Both the position numbers and the translations under genes were made by a program. Shown piece by piece: positions 51,630 through 64,000 of a DNA stretch of 64,000 nucleotides. The notes under the pieces are model-generated. The model was not told where the DNA came from. It saw only the letters and a program-made list of their open reading frames with translations, and did not search any database. The DNA is from Octopus vulgaris (Eukaryota): NCBI GenBank assembly GCA_951406725.2, contig OX597818.1:69998001-70062000 (forward strand), given 5' to 3'. Numbering within the stretch: position 1 is the stretch's first letter; the number at the start of each line of letters is the position of its first letter.

Positions 51630-54199
51630 TGTGTTTCATAGTATGGTTCCCCATATTGGAAGCAATTACATGGATATTTATGGACCAGAAATGGTGGCTG
51701 TAGGGAGAGTTTTGTAACCGTGTTGTAGTTTAGTATGACACAATGTAACAAAGTTGTCCCTTTGAGATACAATTCCTCTTTGCCAGCTGAGTGGACTGGA
51801 GCAATGTGAAGTAAAGTGCCTTGCTCAAGGGCACACTGTGCCACTGGGAATGAAACACAGGCCTTTCCTCACACACACGTGTGTAATATTTGTTTATGTG
51901 TGCTGTATGTATGTGGTTAGGGTATTTGGCCCTTAATTGTAAGGTCATGAAGTCACCTCCTGGAGGCACCTTGTGTCCTCAAGTCAGGCACTTTCTTTCA
52001 TATTGCTCCAGTCCACTCACCTGGAAAAAATGAGTTGTACCTGTAATTCAAAGGGTCAGCCTTGTCACATTCTGTATCATGCTAAAGCACCCTGAGAACT
52101 ACATTAAGGGTACATGTCTGTGGAGTGCTCAGCCACTTGCACGTTAATTTCACAAGCCGGCTGTTCTATTGCTCAGGTCAACTGGAACCCTCATTATCAT
52201 ATATATACACACACATGCATGCACACACACACACACACACACACACAGAGGCACACATATGGCAGTATCTATCAACCAAAATTCTCTCATGACTTTCATC
52301 ATCCTGGGACTGTGCTAGAAGACATTTGCCCAAGGGGCTGTGCAGTGTGACTGAACCAAAGACCACTTGATTGGGAAGCAAGCCTATAAATATATATCAA
52401 TATATATTGGCTCCAAATTTTGGCACAAGGCCTTCAATTTCAGTGTTCAATTTGTATTTATTTTATTGAACCTGAGAGAATTTAAACACAAAACTTAAGG
52501 ATGGAGAAAAGTCACTAAGCATTCTACTCAGCATGCAAATAATTCTGTCAACTCACTGCCTCAATCTATAATTATTATATATTAACTAATTAGTCATCAT
52601 CATCGTCATTTAACGTCTATTTTCCATGCTGGCATGGATTGGACGGTATGACTGAAGTCTGGCAAGCCAGAAGGCTGCACCAGGCTCCAATCTGATCTGC
52701 AAAGTTTCTACAGCTGGATGCCCTTCCTAACACCAACCACTTCGAGAGTATAGTGGGTGCTTTTATGCACCACTGGCCCAAGGGCCAGTCAGGTGGTTCT
52801 AGCAACGACCACACTCAAAAGGTGGTTTTCACATGCTACCTGCACGGGAGCCAGTCCAGCAGCCGAATGTTGTTTTTCACGTGCCAGTAAGGCAACACTG
52901 GCAATGACGTGCCACCGGAATGAGTTACATGCCCCTGGCATGAAGAACACAAGCTAAAAAGTTACTTGGTACCAGAACCTGCTATTTCTTTAAAACTAGA
53001 GATGACTTTTACTCTGAAGTTTCCCTGTGATTGCCTTTTCATGTGTGTGCACGTGTTGTATATCTTTACCATTATCCTTATTACTAGTTTAATGTGTTTT
53101 CCTCCTTGCTAATAGTATTGCTGTTATACCTGTACTCTATCACGAATCCAATTAGCCTCTTTCCATGCCATCCTGCGACATTATGAGCCTTAACTAAATT
53201 AGATTTATGACATTATTTCTTTCTGAATTCCTCCAACTTGTCATCACTGAATGCTATGTTGCTGCTTCATAAGCCATAACCCAATAAAGGTGCCACAACA
53301 TATTCCCTTGAATTGCTAAATATAACAACCAAAGGAGCCTCAAATCACATCCTGCTGCTTTAAAAGGGGACACATTCAATATGTAGGCTTTGGTGGATAT
53401 GTCCAATACAAAGATAGGATAGCCAGGACTAAAGCAAATTTTATCATGGGTTGATGCAATGAAGCTTCACTTTGTACTAACAGCAGCAGCAACAACAACA
53501 GCAGTATTATGAGCTAATCAAAGAGCCACTATATAGTTGTTTGATCTGCCAGAACTAACAGTTAAAACTCTCTAGAATTACATCTTACAGACATAATATA
53601 ATGAAGTACTACACACACTTAATTCACAAGAAGTTCATGGCTGGAACACAGTTGATCATAAACAATGGCAACTTTATGTGGGGGAACCTGTGGTTATTTG
53701 ACCTACTAGATATAGCAGCCTAATCATCTCTGAACTACACCATATCATATACATAAACACACACATATATGTATTTGTACATGAATAAGTATATATACAT
53801 ATGTGAGTGTGTGTGTAGACATATATATATATATTAGCTGTGAGGTAAGAAGCTTGCTTCCCAACCACTTGGTTCTGGGTTCAGTCCCACTGCATGGCAT
53901 GTTGGGTAAGTGTCTTCTGCTATAGCTTCAGGTCAACCAAAGCCTTGTGTGTGAATTTGGTAGACGGAAACTGAAAGAAGCCTGTCATATATATATATAT
54001 CATCATCATCATCATCATCATCGTTTAACGTCCGTTCTCCATGCTAGCATGGGTTGGACGGTTCGACCGGGGTTCTGGGAAGCCAGAAGGCTGCACCAGG
54101 CTCCAGTCTAATCTGGCAATGTTTCTACAGCTGGATGCCCTTCCTAACGCCAACCACTCCGTGAGTGTAGTGGGTGCTTTTTACGTGCCATATATATAT

Positions 54200-54410
54200 A
54201 TAAAACGGGAAGGTTTACGAAAATAAACAAAAGACGAAGGCAGGTGGAGTACAAACAAACAAATGTATTAGTATGGCGCTCAGGAATAGAAATAGAACAA
54301 GTCTTTTACGTTTCGAACCTACGCTCTTCGACAGAAAGATACACAGAAAAATACAAGGAGAGAAACAAGGAGAGAAAAAAATGCATGTAGGAGCTAACGG
54401 TCCATCATGG
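54200..54410 (-). mobile_element. PLE-type terminal repeat / retrozyme-like element
   Basis: Contains an HHR-like motif at 54303-54338 followed by a T-rich tail; inserted in (TA)n. Confidence 0.65.
54303..54338 (-). ncRNA. minimal type I hammerhead variant (CUGUCGA core)
   Basis: CTTT-CTGTCGA-A-GAGC-GTAG-GTTC-GAAAC-GTA-AAAG; stems I and II pair and an ACGT palindrome is present. Confidence 0.6.
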
Positions 54411-54836
54411 CATATATATATCATTTGTGTGCATGTATGTGTGTGTCTGCCACCACAGTTTGACAACTAGTGTTGGTTTGTTTATACCCTTAGCAATTCA
54501 GCAAAGAGATAGAATAAATATGAAGCTTAAAAAAATTAAGTACTGGGATCCATTCACTCAACTTAGGTCTCAAGGCGATGCTCCAGCATGGCCACAGTCA
54601 AATGACTGAAACAAGTAAAAGATGTCGGTCTGTTTATGTCTCCGTAACTTAGCAGTTTGGCAAAAGAGCCCAGTAGAATAAGTACTAAGCTTACAAAGAA
54701 TAAGTTCTGGGGGCGATTTCTCTGACTAAAGACTAAAGGTGGTGCTCCAGCATGGCCGCAGTCAAATGACTGAAACAAAAGTATATATAGCACGGATAAA
54801 CGGACGTTAAATGATGAGGATGATGATGATTATACA

Positions 54837-54870
<34 letters not shown>

Positions 54871-57630
54871 TGCATGTGTGTATAAATATATATATATGTA
54901 TATATGTATATATATATATATACATATATGTATGTATATATACATATATACATATGTATATATACATATATACATATATATATATATGTATATATACATA
55001 TATATATATATGTATATATACATATACATATATGTGTGAATGTATATATATATACATATGTGTGTGTATGGTCCCATATGTGTGTGTATGGTCCCATATT
55101 GATTATTCTCTGCCCCTGGCTCTGCCTCTGTATGCAGACAACGCTCGCATAATTAACTTACGAGCAACAATATGTCTTCTTGAATCACTCTTAACAAGTG
55201 TTTAAGATAAACTTTGTTGAAGATAGATTTTTCAACTGACACATGTTCGTTGCATGATGTTTACTTGCTTTATTTATTCATTTAAAACAAATAACAACAT
55301 GTATGTCTTGGAGTATAATACTTTAATAAAATGAAAATTCTTGAAGTATTTATCAAATTATTGATTCAACTTTCATTGGAAAATGATAAAAAAAAACCCA
55401 ATTTATTTACTTGTAATGTGTAAGGATATATTTTCTATCTATAAATTGTGTATAGGTATCTAGGGATTTGTGTGTGTTTGTGTGTCTGTATGTATACGTA
55501 CTTCTGTGTATATATGTATATGCACACAAAAGAAATTTTTCTGCTATCTGCAGATCTTTAACTGTTGTCTCCAGAAAAATTTTAAAACAGCAATAACAAC
55601 CAGAATAACAGAAGATTATATCTTAATAAAATATACACACACAGACATACACATGCACACACGCAGACACACACAAATGCACACACATAGACACACACAA
55701 ACACCCACATAAGATGTTACGCTAAATAATTAATGCATTTCTTTACTAAATTCTATGGATGTTGGTTGTGTGGTTAGATAACCCCAGGGGATAACAAACA
55801 CCTCTCTATTTTCTGTGGTGTAACACATGAACAATCCAATTGCTAACAGGGATATTGTTTTCTTGATTTGTACTGTTTTCTATTGATATCTGGGCTAACA
55901 TATATTCACATCACTACATGTATGTATTCATGTGTTACCCTATATATATACACACACAGATACATACATACGTGCGTGTGTGTGTGTGTAAGTATTTATG
56001 CATTTATTTGAAGAGGACAATGATTCGTGCAAATGATTTCAACCAATAAAGCAAACCTCTTTATTTTCACATTCATTGGGTCCCTTTCTTTCTACACCCA
56101 AACACATGCATTAATAGACATACATGTGTGTGTGTGTGTGTTTGTGCAGGGGAGAAAGAAAGAAAGAAAGTGAACCTTTAAAACCTCAATTACCTAAAAG
56201 CTGGACTAACTAAATAAGTATGCCTAATTATGATGGTTTAAATGCTGGGCTGAACTCTGAACCATAACCACCATATTCCCAAAGCAAATTGGTTAAATCT
56301 CCCAAATAAAATGTCTGAACCTAGTGACACATCTACTGACCAATTAATATTTCCCCCAACCTACTTTGTTTTGGAAACCCTTAAAAAACAACTCCAACAT
56401 TTGAAAGTAACACACTTATATAGACTCAGCTGATCACAAATTCTACATGCATGACTGAATTGTGAACAATAGCACAACTCTAGATTTAATGAATAAAAAT
56501 CTTCCATAATATTTTTCCATCAGAACTAACACAACAACCCAATTGTCATTAACAGAGCTCCACCTACCTCAGAAAATTTATAAATAACAGAGTTACATAA
56601 AGCCAAAATGAATTCAAAAGTACTGTAGTTTGATGGAGGCTAAGCAGGACAAAACTTCAAAGTCGTTGTCAATGTTATTCTTGTGAAAGAATGATACATA
56701 CGCTGTAAAATGTATTGATTGATCCTTTAGTTTAATGTAAAATAGTTTTTATTATAATTTAGCATAAAGAAAAAAACAAACATTAATGTATAATGTGTAT
56801 TTGTATGGGTGCGGATGTATTTGATATGTAACGAAAAAAACAAAAAGTAAAAAGACAACAAAAGACAGACAAATATTATCAAATACTGAATTAGTTTAAT
56901 GCCTAAAAGAAGGAAGAGAAATGGTCTGGACATTAATTCTTCATCGGAAGAAAAGCATAAGTGGTGAGAGAAAAAAGGTTAAAATATAGGAGGGAAAAGA
57001 AAGGGCAACAGTATAAAGAGAAAAAGAAGAAAAATAGGAGAAGGGAAAAGAAGGAAAAAAGAAGGAAAATAGAAGAAAAAGATAAAAGAGGGGAGAGGAT
57101 TATGTTTTGAGTGAGTTCATGTTTCTCTTCATGTATGTCAGCTGACTGTAAAAAACAAGAAAGGAAAAAAACTAAAGGCAAAAGGGGCACTCTTGATGCA
57201 GACCATATCAATTGGTTGCAGTTTAACCGGGACTTTGTCACAGTTTTTGGTACTTTGTATGATCTTTGTAAGCCAAACACTCATCCAAATGTCATTTGTT
57301 TCCAATTCTCCATGTAATCATGTTGGGGCTGTTCAGTGTTTGATAGCCTGGGGGCAGTGGTGGAGATGGGGGGGGTTGGCCCTTTTAGAAACAGGTGAGT
57401 GTTGGTGCCTGGTAGACCATCCAGCCATCAAAAACTGTGTCTGAACATGGCCTCGTCTGACCCAGAGAAGCATGGAAATGTAGACATCAAGATTATGATG
57501 TAACGTAAGTTATATAGATATGCAAGTGTATATATATGTGTGTGTGTGTTTGCATGCATGTGAATATTTATGCATACTTATATATTATGTATTTCCATCT
57601 ATCTATTTATCTGTTTGTCTATCTATCAAT

Positions 57631-57689
<59 letters not shown>

Positions 57690-57696
57690 CATACAT

Positions 57697-57733
<37 letters not shown>

Positions 57734-57855
57734 CATACATACACACACATATATATATATACACATGCATACATACACATATATATGTATATATATATAT
57801 ATATATATACATGCATACATACACACACATATATATGTATATATATACACACATG

Positions 57856-57908
<53 letters not shown>

Positions 57909-58049
57909 GTATGTATATATGCATGTATGCTTATGCTTATGAATATGTATATATTAACTGGATGTATAAACAGGAGAAAGAGCACTCAACATATCATATC
58001 AAATACACACACACGCACACACACACACAGCCAAACAAACAGTAAGACA

Positions 58050-58190
58050 TATAGAGGGAAGCGTTCGCTCAACTTCGACTTCATAGAATATTTATGAATG
58101 TTTTCTTCGATTTGTCTTTCAACAAAATCCAATGTTTGTGTTTTAAAGTCATCCAAACAGTTGAGTATCTTTAATATGAATCACCCTGTA
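58050..58190. mobile_element. possible Tc1/mariner-derived remnant
   Basis: The right end TCACCCTG-TA is the reverse complement of TA-CAGGGTGA, a Tc1/mariner-like TIR. The left TIR is degenerate. Confidence 0.3.
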
Positions 58191-58333
58191 TACTAATCTC
58201 TTAAAATAGAAAACACAACGGCACCGAAGATCTTTCATCTTCCTACAACAAATATTTATTACCATTGAATTCTTGTGTAAGGTGCGCTGCTATTATTGTT
58301 GATGTTGTGGTGGCTATTGTTGTTGTTGTGTTT

Positions 58334-58371
<38 letters not shown>

Positions 58372-58762
58372 ACTTATCTTCCCTTCTCTTTGTGTTTCTG
58401 TTTATTTGGGAGTCTTGTATAGTTGTTTGGTTTTTGTTTGTTGTTGTGGTGGTGGTGGTGGGGGATTATTTAGTGTTGAGTTTTGTATTGTTGCTCTTTC
58501 TCTCCTCTCTCTCTCTCCTCTCTCTCCCTCTCTTATCTGTCTATCTCTTTCTCATTTAATTTGCTTGCTTGCTTGGATGGTTTCTTGGTTGTTTGGTGGA
58601 GTGGATGACTTTTTCTTGTTTTGTGATAAAGATCACATTTATGTGTGTGATGTATTACTGCCACCACCACCACCACCACCACCACCACCACTGCCACCAC
58701 GACTCTCGTTCTTGTTGTTGCTGATATTTTTGTTGTCCTCATTGTTGTAAATGGTTCTTTGG

Positions 58763-58804
<42 letters not shown>

Positions 58805-59996
58805 TTCAACACTTGAATTGTGGCTGTGTTTTGCTCCTTTCCCTTTCAACAGTAGACTTAATCCTTCCCACTGTTTAACACCACCACCTGATCCTTGGTT
58901 GCCTTTAGTGGAGTCTCTTGTCAGTGGCAGAGAAATCAGGTTTCTAATCCGGAAAAACCTTTTTAACTTCATCACATTGCATTTCAAAATGCACACACAC
59001 ACACACACACAGACTACCAGAAGTTTGGTGAGTCAGCAGATTGGTCGTGAAGTGTCAGACAGAATAGACTTTAATATTCTATGTCCAAGACAGCCAGCTG
59101 GCAAAATTGTTAAGATGCCAATCAGAAGGCTCAACAGCATTTCATCTGTCTTTACATTGTGGGTTCAAATTCTGCTGAGATTGACTTCACCTTTCATCCT
59201 TTAGGGGTCGATAAAATAAGTACCAGTTGAGCACTGGTATAATCAGCTTACCCCTCCCCTTATAATTGCTGGCCTTCTACCAAAATTTGAAAGCAATATT
59301 TAGTTATGTCTGTCTGCCTTTTAGGTTCAAGTGCTGCCAAGATCTGCTTTGCCGTTGATCTTTTTGGGGTTGATGAGATAATGTACCTGTTATGCACTGG
59401 AGTAAAGAGAAGATCTAATGAACCAAATGTCGTGGCCTTGTGCCTGTTTATCTTTATCTTTTGCTTCTTTCAGTCGTTGGTCTGTGGCCATGCTGGAGCA
59501 CCAAATGAAGAACTTCAGTCAAACAAATTGAAAGCAGTATTGTTTTAAAGCCTAGTAATTATTCTATCGATCTCTCATGACAAACTGCTAAGTTACTGGG
59601 ATGTAAATACACCAACATCATTTGTCAAGTGGTGATAGGAGACAGACACAAACTCACACTCACATCCATGAAGGGCTTCTTTCAGTTTCCATCTACCAAA
59701 TCCACTGTCATGTGATCAATCCTGCTAGCATGGAAGATGGATTTAAAATGATGATGGGATATATGTAATCATCATTTTTCCAAGGGGCTGACTGTTTTTA
59801 CAGAAGGTCCTCTTTCTCACACTAAACTTTTTAGTTATGTCTCAGACACAGGATAGCACAGACATAATACTTGGAATGGCCATTTTCAAAACAAAGTTAA
59901 ACAATCCTCATCATTATTTCTAGTTGTGTCCCTCTCTATGCTTAACAATGAAAGAAAAATTAAAAACAAACTCCCAGTTTCTTTTTTTTTTATTAA

Positions 59997-60194
59997 CCCT
60001 TTTGTTACCAACCCGGCTGAAACTGGCTCTGTTATACAAATGTATTGAATAAAAATCTTCCACCAAACCTTAGTCACAATTTATGTTCCTAACACTAGCT
60101 TAAAGAACTAAGTTATTTTACTAAATGTTTTGTTATATTTAAAGTAATTGAAAGAAACAGAGAGCATCTCAAAATAAATACAGTAATGAAAGGG
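59997..60194. mobile_element. piggyBac-type MITE
   Basis: TTAA TSD on both sides (59993-96, 60195-98); TIRs CCCTTTTGTTAC / GTAATGAAAGGG. Confidence 0.85.
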
Positions 60195-61259
60195 TTAAAT
60201 ATCTCTAAAAGAAAGAAAGGAATCTCATTTAAGCTTTAAAGTGTAAGGTGAGTAACATACCAGTAATATATGTAGTAGCTCAGCTCAACTGACAAGACCT
60301 GACATCTATAACCAACATTGGTTTTGTGATTGATGACAATCAACTCAGATGTTATTAGCTTAACAATGTAACTGTTCTGATAAGACAAAAATCCAGACTT
60401 GCTACATTAGACATCAGAGCTAATAATAGCAATTGGCTTGCACCAACATTGAGGACATTTTTTTAACTTTAGAAATGAATTAAAAATTATCACTTTTATT
60501 CTTAATTCTTAGTTTTTTCTTCTATTTTGTGTGTTACTTTCTTTATTTTCATTATTTTAATCTTAATTAACTTAAATCTCAAATTACTTGTTAATTATCT
60601 TGAATTTTAATTAACTTTCAACTGTTGAAATCGAAACTTAGCAAGCAGAGTATATTGGTATTGCTTCTGTGTTTTATTACATCTGGTTTGGTTAGGAATG
60701 GTTCTTGGTCGAACATGTTGAAACAGTATTCCCCATGTAACTCAGCTTTCCATTTCGCTGACAACTTTTAGTCCATTCACCTAATTGATAATCACTGCTA
60801 TCTTAGTGAATCATGAATAATATGTAGCCAGAGCCAGTTGTGTTATAATTCAGTAAATAGATGCAGCAACAATGTGTTAATATATTCATCTGTTTTCCAT
60901 AGTATCCAGTTACCAAAGCTGCATAAACATATTCACTTCAAAAGTCTTATGATTTCTCTACACATTCTCATCTAAGTCGTGCTACTATCTAACAAGTTAC
61001 ATGCTATAATATTCCTCACTAATAGACAACAGGCTTGGCCAAGTGGTAAAGAAAGTTGCATTGCAACAATGAAGTCATGGGTTCAAGCTCAGGAGGTAAC
61101 ATCGTGGGTGAGGTTTTTTAATATAGCTTCTTGTTTGACTGTTTGGTCAAAAAATTTGTTTCCCAGCTACAGGGTTTTGGGGTTCAGTCCCATTGTGTGA
61201 CACCTTGAGCAACAGTCTTCTACTATAACCCTGGGATATATATATGTATATATAATAAG

Positions 61260-62170
61260 GAATATGGTGAAGTGGCATTTCATGAATTTTAATTTAGATT
61301 TTGATTTAAATACAGCTTAATATTGACCTAGCTGCATTTCCACTACATCGGTTAGTAACTGTTGCCATTGCACCTTTGCTATACTACTAGTGTAGTTTCT
61401 TCAGGGTCTTCACTGTAATATCCTTTCAGATTGAACTGGTTTGAGTTTTATGTTAATTTTAGCTTTGCGTTCAATGGTGTTGAATGTTAATTCCAACATG
61501 AACTTCATTTTGAATTCTAAGTATTGATTGGATAATCACTAGTTTGTTTCATAGAGTCAGATATTTCAAAATATTTTATTTGTTGTAATATATTATGGTT
61601 GTTTGATTATTTATAACTTATTTATATTGTTTAAAGGTTCATGTTTTCATATGCAAACATCTTAAAGCTTGTCCTTGTCTAGAATTTACATTATACTCTG
61701 ATGTAAAAATTTGGTTAAATTCTTCTATGCACAAGTCACATTTATTTGTCCTTGGTGTTTAAAGTTTAGCAGTACTAATTAATACCCAATTGATAGCGTA
61801 GACCTTACTTCTTTCTTTAATAGACCAGATTAATTAACTTAGATTTGTTTGGCTAATCATTTAAATTCGTTTAGAGACAGAAATAAAAAATTCCAATCTT
61901 CTTTTTGGAAATAAGTGAAATTTCACCGATGTAAAAGTATTCAGTTCCTGCCAATGTAACTTTACATCAATAAACTACATTTTTTATTTTGCATTTATTA
62001 TCAACAGAACATGAGTTTTGTTTTGAACAATTACAGAGAGTATTTTGTATATTTTGCTCAGATTTCTTATTAATTTGATTATTAGGGGTAAAACCAAATT
62101 CATTTTTCCAAGACTCTTTATTATAATTTAGTAACATTATATTATTCCTCTCCCAAGAGGAATTTTTATT
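61260..62170 (-). mobile_element. decayed Penelope-like element 3' end: GIY-YIG endonuclease plus terminal repeat
   Basis: Minus-strand translation: CNCSKQNSCSVDNKCKIKNVVY*CKVTLAGTEYFYIGE...TNLS*LIWSIKERSKVYAINWVLISTAKL*TPRTNKCDLCIEE...NSRQGQALRCLHMKT* (stop 61639-41). An HHR remnant lies at 61381-61420. Confidence 0.85.
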
Positions 62171-62194
62171 CGATTCAATGATTTGGTAAAGTCT

Positions 62195-62600
62195 CTACGA
62201 CTGGATGCCCTTCCTAATATGCCAGCCACACCATACATTGTAGTGGGTGCTTTCATGTGACACTAGATGGGTGCTTTTACGTGGTGCCACGCATGCGCTT
62301 TTACACAGCACCATGCAGGTGCTTTTACGTGGCACTACATGGTGCTTTAATGTGTTGCCACATGAGCACTTTTACATGGCATCACCAAGAGTGTTTTTAC
62401 ATGGCACCAGAAGGATTAGTCTTACAAATTCTACTGTGGAGTATGGGTCGTTCTGAGTATGGCAAGGTACCAGGTATCTCGGTTCTTTGACATCTCACCA
62501 CAAAGGTTCAGCATTCTGAGGTTATTCTTCAGTTCTTCATCCCATGTCTTCCTGGGTCTTCCACTCCCACATGTTCCATCATGGAGCAGCCATAAATGAG
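62195..62600 (-). mobile_element. RTE LINE 3' end with tandem GGTGCTTTTACGTGGCACCA-like units in the 3'UTR
   Basis: DGTCGSGRPRKTWDEELKNNLRMLNLCGEMSKNRDTW, followed by the shared RTE tail. Confidence 0.8.
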
Positions 62601-62774
62601 TAGGGTAAGATGCGGAATCATAGAACTGTGCAGCAGTCACAGAGAGCTCCTCGTACAGACTCGGCTGTCAGTCCATATAGTAATTACAAAGAAATCTAAT
62701 GTGAAGTGTCCATATAGCTGAAAATCAAAAACAAATTTGATCAATGAACTTCTTTAATGTGTATATAAAAACAT

Positions 62775-62920
62775 AGTCTGAAAGTATTGCAGGTGAATAT
62801 AAATATAACCTGTGTTGCCTATTTAACCATATGACTTCCATAAGATTATGCAGTGATCCTATGGAAGTCACATGGTTAAGTAAATATATATTCACCTCTC
62901 ATCTCCCATAACTCCAGACT
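62775..62920. repeat. nested fold-back hairpin (24-bp inner stem, 9-nt loop)
   Basis: 62823-62846 pairs with 62856-62879 (22/24). Outer arms are AGGTGAATATA/TATATTCACCT and AGTCTG/CAGACT. Confidence 0.88.
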
Positions 62921-62973
62921 GCTTTTATAACTGTGTGTGTGTGTATTATGAATATGTGTATATAAAAGCAACA

Positions 62974-63024
<51 letters not shown>

Positions 63025-64000
63025 TGTATATATATGAAACAATTATTTTATTCTAGATGGGTAAAAATATAGAAAAAAGAAGTTGAAAATGCACTGGGAT
63101 TTGCTTATATTTTTAATTTTTTTATTTTTAAAGATTTAACGACTTTCACAGATTTCTTTGATTTTCAAAAGTCTTACCATCTCAACCTTTAATAATCAGA
63201 AAAATCAGTGAAACCAGTTAAGTCTTTAAAAATTTTTAAATACAAAAATTGAAATGAATCTCAGTGCATTATGTATGTACATACATGTATCTATATATGT
63301 ATAAATATATGTATTGTGTGTGTATACATATGTATATTTATATATGCACATACATAAATATACACTGGTGATGATGATATATATATATACACACACACAC
63401 ACACAGTGAGCTCCACACAATTATCTTCATTTGAATTTCAGTCACCAAATATTGATAAATTCATGACTATGGAAGAAGGCATTAGCCGAAGGTGCTGTGC
63501 AGTGGAATTGAACCCATCTGCATCAATTTTCCAGTTATTTTCTGCTTCCATATTCTTGCATTGAAACCTTCTTATGAAAGCTCTAGCTTTTCTCTGCTAG
63601 TGTACCAAGTGATTGGTAATGTTTCAGTGTGGCAGTTGTTGCGAGATAACATTGACGTACTGAGAGAACACATTCCCCTGCAGGGCCTGGCTTTTCCATG
63701 TTTACATACAAAGCACAACAGTACAGTCTTAATAAGACTCCACATGTGTTTGTGCTTCACCTGCACACACACACACACACACTCGCCATTTACATCACAC
63801 ATCTTCATCTTGATTACACCGAGATTTTTCACACATTCCATAAAGCTGTTTCATCTTCCCAGCAATTTCATCTACTGCTACCACCACAACCACTACTACT
63901 ACTACTGCTACTACTACTCACACACAGAGATATCACACTCATTGTCTATTCAACCACATGAGATTTGTTTAAAACAACATCAACAGCAGCAACTTAGCAA

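Noticed and set aside
61967-61969. In-frame TGA in the PLE endonuclease as selenocysteine
   Set aside because: It lies at a non-Cys position (VVY*C) and is easily explained by CGA-to-TGA decay. The same ORF also has TAA stops and a frameshift.
62225-62410. CRISPR-like array of GGTGCTTTTACGTGGCAC repeats
   Set aside because: The context is eukaryotic, spacers are nearly absent, there are no cas genes, and the units are internal repeats of the RTE 3'UTR.
63600-63730. Protein-like frame YQVIGNVSVWQLLRDNIDVLREHIPLQG after a pyrimidine-AG
   Set aside because: There is no convincing donor site and no recognisable family; RNA-seq or tBLASTn would be needed.

Overview
AT-rich, repeat-saturated eukaryotic DNA. 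It is most likely intronic or intergenic sequence from an octopus (coleoid cephalopod), inferred from the SINE families I recognise. I found no host protein-coding exon, functional RNA gene or CRISPR array that I can support; nearly all ORFs in the track are microsatellite translations or decayed retrotransposon fragments. Content: (TA)n/(CA)n/(TAA)n/(CTAT)n/(GAT)n microsatellites; several tRNA-derived SINE families; RTE and CR1-type LINE fragments; a cluster of R4/Dong-type restriction-like-endonuclease fragments in (TAA)n tracts (17.8-31.6 kb); a non-autonomous Helitron; a piggyBac-type MITE; a decayed Penelope-like (PLE) GIY-YIG endonuclease; and several elements carrying hammerhead-ribozyme (HHR) motifs at 37-62 kb. 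The most striking structure is at 50113-50715. A tRNA-headed (Pol III A/B box) SINE ending in a minimal PLE-type hammerhead sits as a head-to-head inverted dimer inside a single 10-bp direct repeat (putative target-site duplication). This suggests a SINE-retrozyme hybrid mobilised by Penelope machinery. Family names come from motif recognition only; no database search was run.
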